Positions 8,530-17,288 are shown, counted from the first letter of the stretch. The stretch is DNA of 49,150 nucleotides from Clostridia bacterium (GCA_030537335.1 JAUNNK010000002.1:1-49150), one strand, 5' to 3'. Made by a program: numbers and translations. The notes: generated from the letters alone by a model not told the origin.

Positions 8530-8640
8530 TGCAATGTTTCTAACCCTTCTGATTCGGTAAACGAATATAAACACAAATAGATCGTCCCGTGAAATGGTTG
8601 CAATGTACAGTCACATCGATGGCAACCTGGTACAATTCCA

Positions 8641-8691
8641 TCCTCACAGAATCCTCACACGCAGCGCCATACTTCTCACACCATCCTCACA
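8641..8691 (+). repeat. Four helically phased direct repeats T(C/T)CTCACA
   Basis: Copies start at 8641, 8652, 8673 and 8684 (spacings 11, 21, 11 bp). CCATCCTCACAG is identical at 8638-8649 and 8681-8692. The last copy sits where a -35 would be, ahead of TATATA/TATACT at 8705-8714. Confidence 0.55.
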
Positions 8692-8750
8692 GGAAAGGTG
8701 ATAGTATATATACTGTTCCAGAGGAACAGGAGAAACCGGAGGTACGGATT

Positions 8751-9116
8751 ATGTACGATCAGAAGCAGATGCAAGCGCTGACGGCGCAGGTGCGCGCGCT
8801 GGTTAAGGAAAATCACATGTGCGAGGCGGAGGCTGCGGCGGCGAAGGCCATGGCCGACGCGCCTCACGAGGCGCAGCCCCACAACCTGATGGGCATCATC
8901 ATGGAGCGGGAAAACGATCCCATACAGGCCATGAAGCACTTCCGCGCGGCCTGGGCGCTGGATCCCACGTTCGTTCCGGCGCGGATCAACATGGAGCGCT
9001 ACGGCAGTTTCAGTTTCACCATGCCGCGTCCGGCCTACGATGAAGCGGACTGTCCGGAGGAAAGCGATGCACAGAAGCGCAGGATTGAAACCGACGCGCG
9101 CGGCATTCGGGGGTGA
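8751..9116 (+). CDS. Hypothetical protein, TPR-like helical repeat
   Basis: ATG 8751 follows CCGGAGG. The text AEAAAAKAMADAP..PHNLMGIIMERENDPIQAMKHFRAAWALDP is TPR-like. The gene ends 4 nt before the first trkA-like gene. Confidence 0.5.
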   Translation: MYDQKQMQALTAQVRALVKENHMCEAEAAAAKAMADAPHEAQPHNLMGIIMERENDPIQAMKHFRAAWALDPTFVPARINMERYGSFSFTMPRPAYDEADCPEESDAQKRRIETDARGIRG

Positions 9117-9120
9117 GCAT

Positions 9121-9555
9121 ATGCGCAAGGATGAAAAGTATACGGTGATCGTGGGATGCGGACGGCTGGGTGCGAGTCTGGCCAACGCGATTTCGGACGC
9201 GGAGGGCAGCGTGATGATGGTGGATCGGGACGAGCACGCCTTCCGAAAGCTGGATGCGGCCTACGGCGGGCTCACGCTGGTGGGCGACGCGACGGACGTT
9301 GCCGTGCTGCGCAGCGCGCAGATCGAGCGCGCCGACACGGTGGTCTCGGTCACCAACGACGACAACACCAACATCATGGTGGCGCAGATCGCGCGCAACC
9401 TCTACCACATTCCCAACGTGGTCTGCCGACTGTACGACCCGGAGCGCGAGGTAGTCTACCGGGAGTTTGGCATCGACACCATCTGTCCGACGGTGCTCTC
9501 CACCCGGGAGATCGATAGGTTGCTGGGACACGAGAAGGAGGCGACGGTGCGATGA
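9121..9555 (+). CDS. trkA: TrkA-N (RCK N-terminal, NAD-binding) domain protein
   Basis: VIVGCGRLGASLANAI carries an intact GxGxxG Rossmann motif. The 144-aa product has no RCK_C domain. The stop overlaps the next start. Confidence 0.8.
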   Translation: MRKDEKYTVIVGCGRLGASLANAISDAEGSVMMVDRDEHAFRKLDAAYGGLTLVGDATDVAVLRSAQIERADTVVSVTNDDNTNIMVAQIARNLYHIPNVVCRLYDPEREVVYREFGIDTICPTVLSTREIDRLLGHEKEATVR

Positions 9556-10217
9556 AGATGCAGGTATTGCTGATCGGCGGCTTCGACATGGCCAAGGCCC
9601 TGGCTGCGTCGCTGATTCAGAAGAAGTACAGGGTCACGGCCATCCATCCCAACGATGCATGCTGCGAGGCGCTGTCCGAAATCAAGGATCTGCTGGTGAT
9701 CCAAGGCGACGGCTCCAAGCCCTACATACTGGATGAAGCGGGCGCTGGACGTGCGGACGTGGCCATCGCGCTGACGGACAACGACGCGGACAATCTGGTG
9801 ATCTGCGAGTTGTGCAAGAAGCGCTTCGGCGTGCCCCGGACGGTCAGCCTCGTCAAAAATGCCGAAAACACGGCATTCTTCCGGCAGATGGGCGTGGATG
9901 CGGTGGTCTGCGCCACCAATACCATCACCGGCATCCTCGAACAGCTCAGCTTCATCAACGACATGACCACCCTGATTCCCGTGGGAGACGGTCGGCTGAG
10001 CGTCGCCGAGGTCACCATCCCGGAGGGCGCGCCCGCGGCGGACAAAAAGCTGTGGGAGATCAACCTGCCCGGGGAGGTCATCGTGGGGTGTATCCTGCGC
10101 AAGGATCAGACGATCATCCCGCGCGGCGATACCCGGATTCTGGCGGGCGACACGCTGGTACTGCTGTCCTCGGCCCATCAGGAGACAGATGCGATTCATG
10201 AACTGACAGGACGGTAA
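9552..10217 (+). CDS. trkA: TrkA/KtrA-type K+ uptake regulatory protein (RCK_N plus RCK_C)
   Basis: VLLIGGFDMAKALAASL shows a degenerate glycine motif. The C-terminal RCK_C region reads EVTIPEGAPAADKKLWEINLP..ILAGDTLVLL. Confidence 0.8.
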   Translation: MKMQVLLIGGFDMAKALAASLIQKKYRVTAIHPNDACCEALSEIKDLLVIQGDGSKPYILDEAGAGRADVAIALTDNDADNLVICELCKKRFGVPRTVSLVKNAENTAFFRQMGVDAVVCATNTITGILEQLSFINDMTTLIPVGDGRLSVAEVTIPEGAPAADKKLWEINLPGEVIVGCILRKDQTIIPRGDTRILAGDTLVLLSSAHQETDAIHELTGR

Positions 10218-10223
10218 GAAGTC

Positions 10224-11681
10224 ATGAAACTTATGTTGACCCGCGCGAGCAATGCGGGCAAGCTGACCCTGCTGATCGGTCTGCTGCTGCTCGCGCCCTT
10301 GCTGGTGCTTCCATTTTATCCCGAGGATGCGCGCTTCGCCGCCGCGTTCCTGCTTCCGGGCGGAGCGTCCATACTGCTGGGCGCGTTGATGTGCGCAAAA
10401 AAAAGCGCCGCGACGGACTCCGCATTGGAAGCGGCGCATCGCGGCAATCTGTTGGTGCTGTACATCTGGGCGTATGGCTGTATCGCGGGCGCGCTGCCCT
10501 TCGTTCTCGGCGACCGACTGAGCTTCGTGCAGGGATTGTTCGAGGCGGTCAGTGGCTGGACGACCACGGGCCTGTCCGTGATGGACGTGAGCGTCACGCC
10601 CCACATCTTCCTGTTCTATCGGAGCTTCATGCAGTTCTGCGGCGGATTGGGCTTCGTGATGATCATGATGGCCTTCGTGCAGGGAAGGATGGGCATGGTT
10701 CTCTACAGCGCCGAGGGGCATCCGGACAAGCTCATGCCCACGCTGCGGCAGACGGTGCGCGCAATCGTGCTGATGTACCTGAGCTTCCTCGTCGCAGGCG
10801 TCGCGGCCTACGTCGTCTGCGGCATGCCGCTGTTCGACGCGATCCTGCACGCCATGGGCGCACTGTCCACGGGCGGCTTCTCCAACCGGGTGGACAGCAT
10901 CAGCGCGTATCACAGCGTGGCCATCGAGGGCGTGAGCATCTTCCTGATGCTTGTGGGCACCACGAACTTCGCCATCCTGCTGCTCATGGTGCGGCGCAGG
11001 TGGCGGGATGCGCTGCGCTGCGGCGAAGTGCGCTTTCTGGGCGCGCTGCTGGCCATCTTTGTGCCGCTGACGGCCATTTCGCTGGCGACGGGACTCTATC
11101 TGACGGCTGGGGAAGCGCTGCGGCAGGCGCTGTTCAACATCGTCTCCGCGCTGTCCACCACCGGCTACGCCACCATGAGCTATGCCGGGTGGCCCCAGAC
11201 AGCCATCGGCGTCATGATCCTGATGATGCTCATCGGCGGCGGCACGGGCTCCACGGCGGGCGGCGTCAAGCTGTCCCGGGCGCTGATTCTGACCAAGTGC
11301 GCTGCCGGTCAGCTGCGCAGCCGCCTTTCCCCGGAGCATGCGGTGCGTGCGCCCTACTACTTTCGCGCGCAGGGCCGGACGGCCATCGATCACAGGTTGC
11401 TCAACGCTACGGCGGGTTTCGTGGTAACGTACCTGACTGTATTCGTGGCGGGCACGCTGCTGCTGACGGTCACATCGGGCGCGACGCTCACCGAGGCCAT
11501 GTTTGAATTTGCGTCCTCTCTGGGCACGGTGGGGCTGTCCATCGGTCTGACCGGCCCGGCGACCAACGCCGCGACGCTGCTTGTGGAGATCGCGGGCATG
11601 CTGCTGGGCAGGCTGGAAATCTTCATCGTGTTCACGGGCGTCGGCTCCGCACTGCTTCTGCTGCGGCGCAAAACGCGCTGA
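10224..11681 (+). CDS. trkH: TrkH/KtrB-family K+ transporter membrane subunit
   Basis: 485-aa polytopic protein with repeated selectivity-filter-like motifs (SGWTTTGLS, LSTGGFS, LSTTGYA, GSTAGGVKL). Confidence 0.9.
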   Translation: MKLMLTRASNAGKLTLLIGLLLLAPLLVLPFYPEDARFAAAFLLPGGASILLGALMCAKKSAATDSALEAAHRGNLLVLYIWAYGCIAGALPFVLGDRLSFVQGLFEAVSGWTTTGLSVMDVSVTPHIFLFYRSFMQFCGGLGFVMIMMAFVQGRMGMVLYSAEGHPDKLMPTLRQTVRAIVLMYLSFLVAGVAAYVVCGMPLFDAILHAMGALSTGGFSNRVDSISAYHSVAIEGVSIFLMLVGTTNFAILLLMVRRRWRDALRCGEVRFLGALLAIFVPLTAISLATGLYLTAGEALRQALFNIVSALSTTGYATMSYAGWPQTAIGVMILMMLIGGGTGSTAGGVKLSRALILTKCAAGQLRSRLSPEHAVRAPYYFRAQGRTAIDHRLLNATAGFVVTYLTVFVAGTLLLTVTSGATLTEAMFEFASSLGTVGLSIGLTGPATNAATLLVEIAGMLLGRLEIFIVFTGVGSALLLLRRKTR

Positions 11682-11692
11682 AGGGCGGCCGA

Positions 11693-11902
11693 TCAACCGA
11701 AGACCCACGCAGCGAAGCGGGCAAGCAGAATGATGGCTGCGCAGGGGATCGAGGCGACCCAGAGCGTGCTGGCGATCAGGCGCAGTCCGGGACTTCTGCG
11801 CAGCCATAGATCTGCATCGATCCAATCGCGTGCAGAGGCGGACGATTCGTTCAGGACAGTATCTGTGCGGCGAACCGGGCAACGATTCCAATGGTTCTTC
11901 AT
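11693..11902 (-). CDS. Possible small membrane protein (69 aa)
   Basis: Weak RBS AAAGAGGG and a hydrophobic C-terminus (LIASTLWVASIPCAAIILLARFAAWVF). Lies 100 bp downstream of corA on the same strand. No homology recognised. Confidence 0.25.
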   Translation of the reverse strand: MKNHWNRCPVRRTDTVLNESSASARDWIDADLWLRRSPGLRLIASTLWVASIPCAAIILLARFAAWVFG

Positions 11903-12001
11903 ACTGGGCCCTCTTTTCCCGGGTACGCATTCATTCTATCACAATGCGCATGTAGATGGGATGAAGGTTTCGCCTGGCCCGATGGTTTTCCATTAAAATG
12001 C

Positions 12002-12928
12002 TCACCAGAGATGCTTTTTCCTGAAGTACAGTATGGAGCCGCCCACCACCAGCGCGCTCAGCGCGATTACCGATGGATAGCCGTATTCCCAGCTGAGCTC
12101 CGGCATGCCGATAAAGTTCATGCCGTACCATCCGGCGATCAGCGAAAGCGGCATGCAGACCGTGGTCACGACGGTCAGGATCTTCATGATGCGGTTCTGG
12201 GCGATGTCTACCTGTGCCTGATACTCGCTGCTCACCTGGCTGGCATACTCCCGCAGCATCTCCGCCTCCTCGCACAGGCTGTCCAGACGGCGCAGCACAT
12301 ATTGCAGCCGACTCTGGCTGCATCCGTCCAGAAGGTCGCCCGCATTTTCCTGCAAGGTGTTGGTCAGGTTGCGCAGCTGGGCATAGTAGCGGCTTCGCTG
12401 GTTCAACTCTCTGCGTAGCATGCTCATCTGGTTGATGAACCTCTCCGTTTTGTTGTCCAGCACCGCCTGCTCGAGGCCAAAGATGCGCTCTTCCAACTGC
12501 TGGATGGTTGCAGGCTCCTCCAGAATCAGCGCCAGAAAGAAGTCCATCAGCAGATCGTCCGCGCCGTCGGCATGGTGCGGGCGCATGGCCAGCACCCGAT
12601 CCACGCACTTCCCGGCGACGCCGTCCGGATCGACGAACAGCAGGCAGTCCTTCCACCAGACGAAGATCACATGCCGCGCCGCGTGCTGCGGACGGGCCGG
12701 AATGTGCAGCTCGCCGAGGATGCGGCTTCGCTCCAGCGTGAGATGACAGCTGCGGATATTCTCTATCTTCTGCATGTTCTCCGGCGGCAGCAGCTCCGGC
12801 GGTAGCGTTGCTTCCATCAGATCCTCGGGGCGCAGAACCGCGGCGATGGCGCTCCAACCCGCAATTTCCTCACGCTCCACCGGCGCGAGGGTCTCTCCAA
12901 TTCGATAGTACACGTTTAACGCCTCCAA
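12002..12928 (-). CDS. corA: CorA-family Mg2+/Co2+ transporter
   Basis: C-terminal signature is present: two TM helices with YGMNF (GMN motif) and a ..FRKKHLW tail. Confidence 0.9.
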   Translation of the reverse strand: MEALNVYYRIGETLAPVEREEIAGWSAIAAVLRPEDLMEATLPPELLPPENMQKIENIRSCHLTLERSRILGELHIPARPQHAARHVIFVWWKDCLLFVDPDGVAGKCVDRVLAMRPHHADGADDLLMDFFLALILEEPATIQQLEERIFGLEQAVLDNKTERFINQMSMLRRELNQRSRYYAQLRNLTNTLQENAGDLLDGCSQSRLQYVLRRLDSLCEEAEMLREYASQVSSEYQAQVDIAQNRIMKILTVVTTVCMPLSLIAGWYGMNFIGMPELSWEYGYPSVIALSALVVGGSILYFRKKHLW

Positions 12929-13071
12929 TCCCTGTGATTATACATCCGCTCATCACGGCCTTCAATCACATGGTTCAGGAAGTTTCTGCTGAACCTGTTA
13001 AATCGCCCTAAAGATGCTTGCGGAATGCACACACCGTGCTTATACTGATTGCGAAAACGGGAAAACAGGAG

Positions 13072-14595
13072 ATGAACGACATGATGCACATGGGATGCAA
13101 GGCCCTCCGATGGCAGGATCTGTTGGTGATTCCGCTGTTCATGCTGGCAGCGACCGGCATCGGGGTTCTCTTTGATGCGATCGGATTCCCGGAGACCAAC
13201 ATCGTGCTGGTGTATGTGGCGGCGGTGCTGCTGGTGGCCCGCTTCACCCGCGGGCTCTACTATGGCCTGGCGGCCTCGGTGATCGCCACCTTCGCCTTCA
13301 ACTACTTCTTCACCGATCCGCGCTTTACCTTTGCGGTCGACGACACCAGCTATCTGATCACCTTCGCCATCATGATGTTCACCTCGCTGATCACCAGCGC
13401 GCTGACCGCCCGCGTGAAAAAGAGCGCCCGCGAGGCCACGGAGCGCGCGCAGGAGACGCAGGCGCTCTACGAGCTGACCAACCGCCTGTCCGATGCGCAG
13501 AGTCTGGAGGAGATCGATGCGGTGGCCGTGGAGAGCGTCAGCCGAACCTTCTCCTGCCAGGCGGCCTTCCTCGCCTTCGTCCGGGGCGTGCCGGAAAAGA
13601 CCTTTTTGCAGTATGCGCCGGGCGGCGTGGTGCATCGGGAGCTGGACCCCCGCGACGAGGTAGCGCACCGGCTGGAATACCTGCGGGGCGACCATGTGGA
13701 GTCGGCGGAGTTTATCGATTGGCCGGTGTACGGGCGCGAACAGATTCTGGGTGTGGTCAGATTGCCCCGGGAGGGCGCGCCGCTGAGTGATCACCAGCAG
13801 CAGCTGCTGCGCTCCATGCTGGAATCGGTGGCCATGGCCATCGACCGTCTCAACGCGGCGCAGGCCCAGCAGCGCTACCGGGAGGAGAGCCGTCAGGAGC
13901 GCTACCGCAGCAACCTTCTGCGCGCCATCTCCCACGATCTGCGCACGCCGCTGTCTGGCATCATGGGCACCAGCGAGATGATTCGGGATCTGTCGGAGCC
14001 CTCAGATCGGCGCTACACCCTGGCAAAGGAGATCTGGAGCGACGCGGACTGGCTGCGCGCGCTTGTGGAGAACATACTGAGCCTGACCCGGCTGGAGGAC
14101 GGCAGTCTGCACATCCACAAGCAGCCCGAGGCCGTGGAGGAGATCGTCGGCAGCGCCCTCGGGCAGATGGAGCGCCGAGCACCGGAATATGAAATTGGAG
14201 CGGAACTGCCGGATGCGCTGATGCTGGCGCCCATGGACGCAAAGCTCATCGAGCAGATGCTCATCAACCTGCTGGACAACGCCGTCAAGCACACGCCGGT
14301 GGGCGGAGAGATCAAAATCTGCGTGGAGGAGAAGGAGGGCTTTGCCGTGTTCCGTGTGCTGGATCGGGGAGAAGGCATCCGCGCGGAGGATCTGCCGCAC
14401 CTGTTCGAGCGCTTCTACACGTCCCAGAGCCGCCGCGCGGATGCAAAGCGGGGCATTGGACTGGGACTTTCCATCTGCGATGCCATCGCAAAGGCCCACG
14501 GCGGAAGCATCAGCGCGAAGAATCGGGAGGGCGGCGGCGCGGAATTCACGTTTACCCTGCCCATGGAGGACAAGAAGAATGAACAATCTGCATGA
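13072..14595 (+). CDS. kdpD: KdpD-like sensor histidine kinase lacking the N-terminal KdpD/Usp sensor half (DUF4118-GAF-HisKA-HATPase)
   Basis: Contains the DUF4118-type TM block (NIVLVYVAAVLLVA..FNYFFTDPRFTF), H-box AISHDLRTPLSGI, N-box LLDNAVKHTP, and G-boxes DRGEGI and GIGLGLSI. The start is uncertain (ATG 13072 or 13081; GGAG at 13067). Confidence 0.85.
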   Translation: MNDMMHMGCKALRWQDLLVIPLFMLAATGIGVLFDAIGFPETNIVLVYVAAVLLVARFTRGLYYGLAASVIATFAFNYFFTDPRFTFAVDDTSYLITFAIMMFTSLITSALTARVKKSAREATERAQETQALYELTNRLSDAQSLEEIDAVAVESVSRTFSCQAAFLAFVRGVPEKTFLQYAPGGVVHRELDPRDEVAHRLEYLRGDHVESAEFIDWPVYGREQILGVVRLPREGAPLSDHQQQLLRSMLESVAMAIDRLNAAQAQQRYREESRQERYRSNLLRAISHDLRTPLSGIMGTSEMIRDLSEPSDRRYTLAKEIWSDADWLRALVENILSLTRLEDGSLHIHKQPEAVEEIVGSALGQMERRAPEYEIGAELPDALMLAPMDAKLIEQMLINLLDNAVKHTPVGGEIKICVEEKEGFAVFRVLDRGEGIRAEDLPHLFERFYTSQSRRADAKRGIGLGLSICDAIAKAHGGSISAKNREGGGAEFTFTLPMEDKKNEQSA

Positions 14596-15283
14596 GACGA
14601 TCCTGGTGGTGGAGGACGATGCGCAGATCCGCAACTTCATCTGCTTTGCTTTGCAGGGCGATGGCTACGCCTGCCGCACGGCGGACACCGCTGCGGAGGC
14701 CATGCGCCTGCTGGCAGTCGAGCCGGTGGATCTGATGCTGCTGGACCTGGGCCTGCCCGACCTGGATGGCACGGAGGTGCTGCGGCGGCTGCGGTCGTGG
14801 TCGGAGCTGCCGGTGATCGTGGTCTCCGCGCGTGATCAGGATCGGGAGAAGGTGTCGCTGCTGGACATCGGCGCGGACGACTACCTGACCAAGCCCTTTT
14901 CCGCCAACGAGCTGCTGGCGCGCATCCGGGTGGCGCTGCGTCACATGTACCGTCAGGGTGGAGCGAAGGAAAAGACGGTGTATCAGTCCGGCGCGCTGAA
15001 GCTGGACGCAGAAAGACACATGGCGTTTCTGGATCAGCAGGAGATTCACCTGACGCCCATGGAGTACAACCTGCTCCTGTACCTGTTCAAGCATCAGGGC
15101 AAGGTGGTCACCACCAACGAGCTATTGCGCCAGCTCTGGGGCGCAAATTACGGCCAGGACACCCAGGCGCTGCGCACGCTGACGGCGGGTCTGCGCCGCA
15201 AGATCGAAAAGAGCCCTGCGCGGCCCCGCTATATCCTCACCGAGGTGGGCGTGGGTTACCGCCTGGCGGACGATGTGGAATGA
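14579..15283 (+). CDS. kdpE: OmpR-family response regulator, KdpE-like
   Basis: The receiver domain reads ILVVEDD..DLMLLDLGLPDLDG..KPF. The winged-helix tail reads LTPMEYNLL..VGVGYRL. The gene overlaps the kinase stop by 17 nt. Confidence 0.9.
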   Translation: MNNLHETILVVEDDAQIRNFICFALQGDGYACRTADTAAEAMRLLAVEPVDLMLLDLGLPDLDGTEVLRRLRSWSELPVIVVSARDQDREKVSLLDIGADDYLTKPFSANELLARIRVALRHMYRQGGAKEKTVYQSGALKLDAERHMAFLDQQEIHLTPMEYNLLLYLFKHQGKVVTTNELLRQLWGANYGQDTQALRTLTAGLRRKIEKSPARPRYILTEVGVGYRLADDVE

Positions 15284-15486
15284 ATTGTCGTGGTGATTTC
15301 CGATTGGACGCGTGAAATCATGGACGACGCACCTCATAGATAAATATGGGCACATGCCTTTTCCCCGGGAAGCCTGCATCGCAAAAGTCTGTGATGCGGG
15401 CTTCCGCCATCTGGAGCGTATAGCGAGGCGCAGAGGTTAAGATTTCCCGTATTAGCGGCATCTTAATACGCTACAGGCGGCTTTAA

Positions 15487-16482
15487 GAGCACATTTATAA
15501 GATCTGCGCTACAATAAGCCTGGTCTATGTTTCCGCCATCCTGACGAGCATTCTGTTCGTCTGCGCGCTGTTCGGCGTGAAGGATGCGGGGCTGAGCGCG
15601 GCCTTCATCCTGGCCATCGCGGTCATACTGTGGTTCACCTGCCTGTTTGCCAACTTCGCCGAGGCCATCGCCGAGGGACGCGGCAAGGCCCAGGCCGACG
15701 CGCTGCGCGCAGCCAAGCGCGACGTGGAGGCCCACAAGATTCCTTCCATCAACGAAAAGGACAAGATCACGACGGTTGCCTCGGCGCTGCTGAAGAAGGG
15801 CGACATCGTGATCGTGAAGGCCGGAGAGCAGATTCCCGCCGACGGCGAGGTCATCGAAGGCGTGGCCAGCGTGGATGAGAGCGCCATCACCGGCGAATCC
15901 GCGCCGGTCATCCGCGAAAGCGGCGGAGATCGCAGCGCCGTCACCGGCGGCACCACCGTGGTGTCCGACTGGCTGGTGGTCAAGGTGACCTGCGACACCG
16001 GCGAGAGCTTTCTGGACAAGATGATCGCCATGGTCGAGGGTGCGTCCCGCAAAAAGACCCCGAACGAAATCGCGCTTCAGATTCTGCTGGTGGCGCTGAC
16101 CATCATCTTCCTGCTGGTCACCGTCTCGCTGTACGCCTTCTCCGACTTTGACGCGAAGCAGTACTTCATGGCGAATCCGTCCAGCGTGACCGCGCTGGTG
16201 GCGCTGCTGGTCTGCCTGGCTCCGACCACCATCGGCGCGCTGCTGTCCGCCATCGGCATCGCGGGCATGGGCAAGGTGTTGACCCACGACATGATTGTTC
16301 GCGCCATTTGGGGCAGTGCACGGGTGGGCATGGATGAGGTCACAAACCTGCGCGTATTCATGACTTCACTTCGCAAAAAGTTGTGCGCCAACAGTAACGG
16401 TGAAAAATATATCCAGACGCACATCGGCGTGGGTTACAGAATGATTCAAATCCCGAATGAGGGTTCTGGCAGGGAACACTGA
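15487..16482 (+). pseudogene. kdpB: kdpB remnant (5'- and 3'-truncated) fused in frame to the 3' end of a second kdpE
   Basis: The KdpB text is unmistakable: FANFAEAIAEGRGKAQADALR, GDIVIVKAGEQIPADGEVIEG, VDESAITGESAPVIRESGGD, LVCLAPTTIGALLSAIGIAGM. The first ~30 codons and everything from the DKTGT site onward are missing. At about 16270 the frame runs into GKVLTHDMIVRAIWG..LRVFMTSLRKKL..THIGVGYRM, an OmpR/KdpE winged-helix C-terminus. Confidence 0.8.
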
Positions 16483-16877
16483 ATGATTATTGTATGGAAT
16501 AGTGCTCTACTCAATAATGCATACAAAATGCAATTATGATCTGCGGTACTCCATAGGGATGTTGGATGACACCATTCCCCATCCTCCGTTTCTCTGACAT
16601 TCTTCAATGCCTGAATTATTGCTTCAACAACCTGTAAGTCCTTTTCGTCCAGCGAGTTCAACATGGTGTCGATCCGCTTTCTGCAACTGCAGTCCGAATT
16701 CTGTGCAGGATAGAAGTATTGGTCTACGGATATATCGAACATCGTGACCATCTGATAAAAAGTATTGAGTCCGGGATGCTGGCCGTCGTTTTTTCGTCTA
16801 TCCAAAACCACTGCGGCATACAGGAGGTGATAATGTACAATTGCTGCAGGTTCAAGGCCGATGCGCTTTCCGGGCAT
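16446..16877 (-). pseudogene. XRE-family HTH regulator, probably degraded
   Basis: RRKNDGQHPGLNTFYQMVTMFDISVDQYFYP resembles helix 3-5 of XRE repressors, and SLDEKDLQVVEAIIQALK is a typical C-terminal helix. The N-terminal part is scrambled and the tail reads through into non-protein-like text. Lies in a low-GC patch. Confidence 0.35.
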
Positions 16878-17127
16878 TGCAGTTTGTCACGCCGCCGCAC
16901 ATGGCGTTCTGTATCGACTTCACGCCTCTGAAGGTATTGCGGTCATTCCAGGGCGTATTTCGGGCTCCAGCGCGGCAGGAGACAGTCTTACTATAAAGGC
17001 TATCACCAGAGACCATACCCTTTCTCAGGGGCATTCAGAAGGTTTTGCGAAGGCTTTACCCGCGTATACTACAGCATTCCAGCAAAGATGACTGTCAGCC
17101 CGCTGCTGCTGCAACGGATAGATGAGG

Positions 17128-17152
17128 AAAGGCTCCGGCGCTTGCCGGAGCC
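17128..17152 (-). terminator. Orphan copy of the terminator hairpin
   Basis: GGCTCCGG-CGCTTG-CCGGAGCC with flanking GAAA. It is near-identical to the hairpin at 17261-17288, but no gene ends here. Confidence 0.4.
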
Positions 17153-17260
17153 TCAGACCACTGACAAAGCCCACAACTGAAAAATGCCAACTGATCAGAT
17201 GGAATCGATGTCACTGTCGCTTACTGCGTCAGCTGCAAATTGATGTCGCTTACGATAAGG

Positions 17261-17288
17261 AAAGGCTCCGGTGTTTGCCGGAGCCTTT
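17261..17288 (-). terminator. Terminator of the SH3b-repeat protein gene
   Basis: AAAGGCTCCGG-TGTTTG-CCGGAGCCTTT lies 17 nt past the stop. On the minus strand it is followed by a T-rich tract. Confidence 0.7.

Noticed and set aside
8638-8692. Possible mini-CRISPR or tandem-repeat array
   Set aside because: The repeats are only 8-12 bp with 3-13 bp between them, and there are no spacers of CRISPR size or cas genes. The pattern fits a phased transcription-factor operator instead. No CRISPR-like array was seen anywhere in the window.
8530-8750. c-di-AMP (ydaO/kimA-type) riboswitch upstream of the K+ uptake genes, and likewise at 15284-15500 upstream of the kdpB remnant
   Set aside because: The pseudo-symmetric conserved boxes I remember for this class (ACGGGGA/CCCGAA-type) are absent. 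The 15330-15390 hairpin (GGAAGCC..GGCTTCC) looks like the terminator of the two-component operon instead.
8400-8760. Search for a direct repeat of the tRNA-Asn 3' end (..GGTTCGAGTCCTACCTGAGGCGCCA) marking the far end of the island
   Set aside because: No copy of even the last 12-15 nt was spotted by eye near the right-hand boundary. Serine recombinases use very short crossover cores, so absence is uninformative. The right boundary of the island therefore remains approximate.
9456-11930. 824-aa ORF on the minus strand
   Set aside because: It is antisense to the whole trkA-trkA-trkH operon. Its composition is R/A/G/Q/H-rich with no recognisable motifs. This is the classic stop-free shadow frame of high-GC coding DNA, while the plus-strand genes have clear family signatures.
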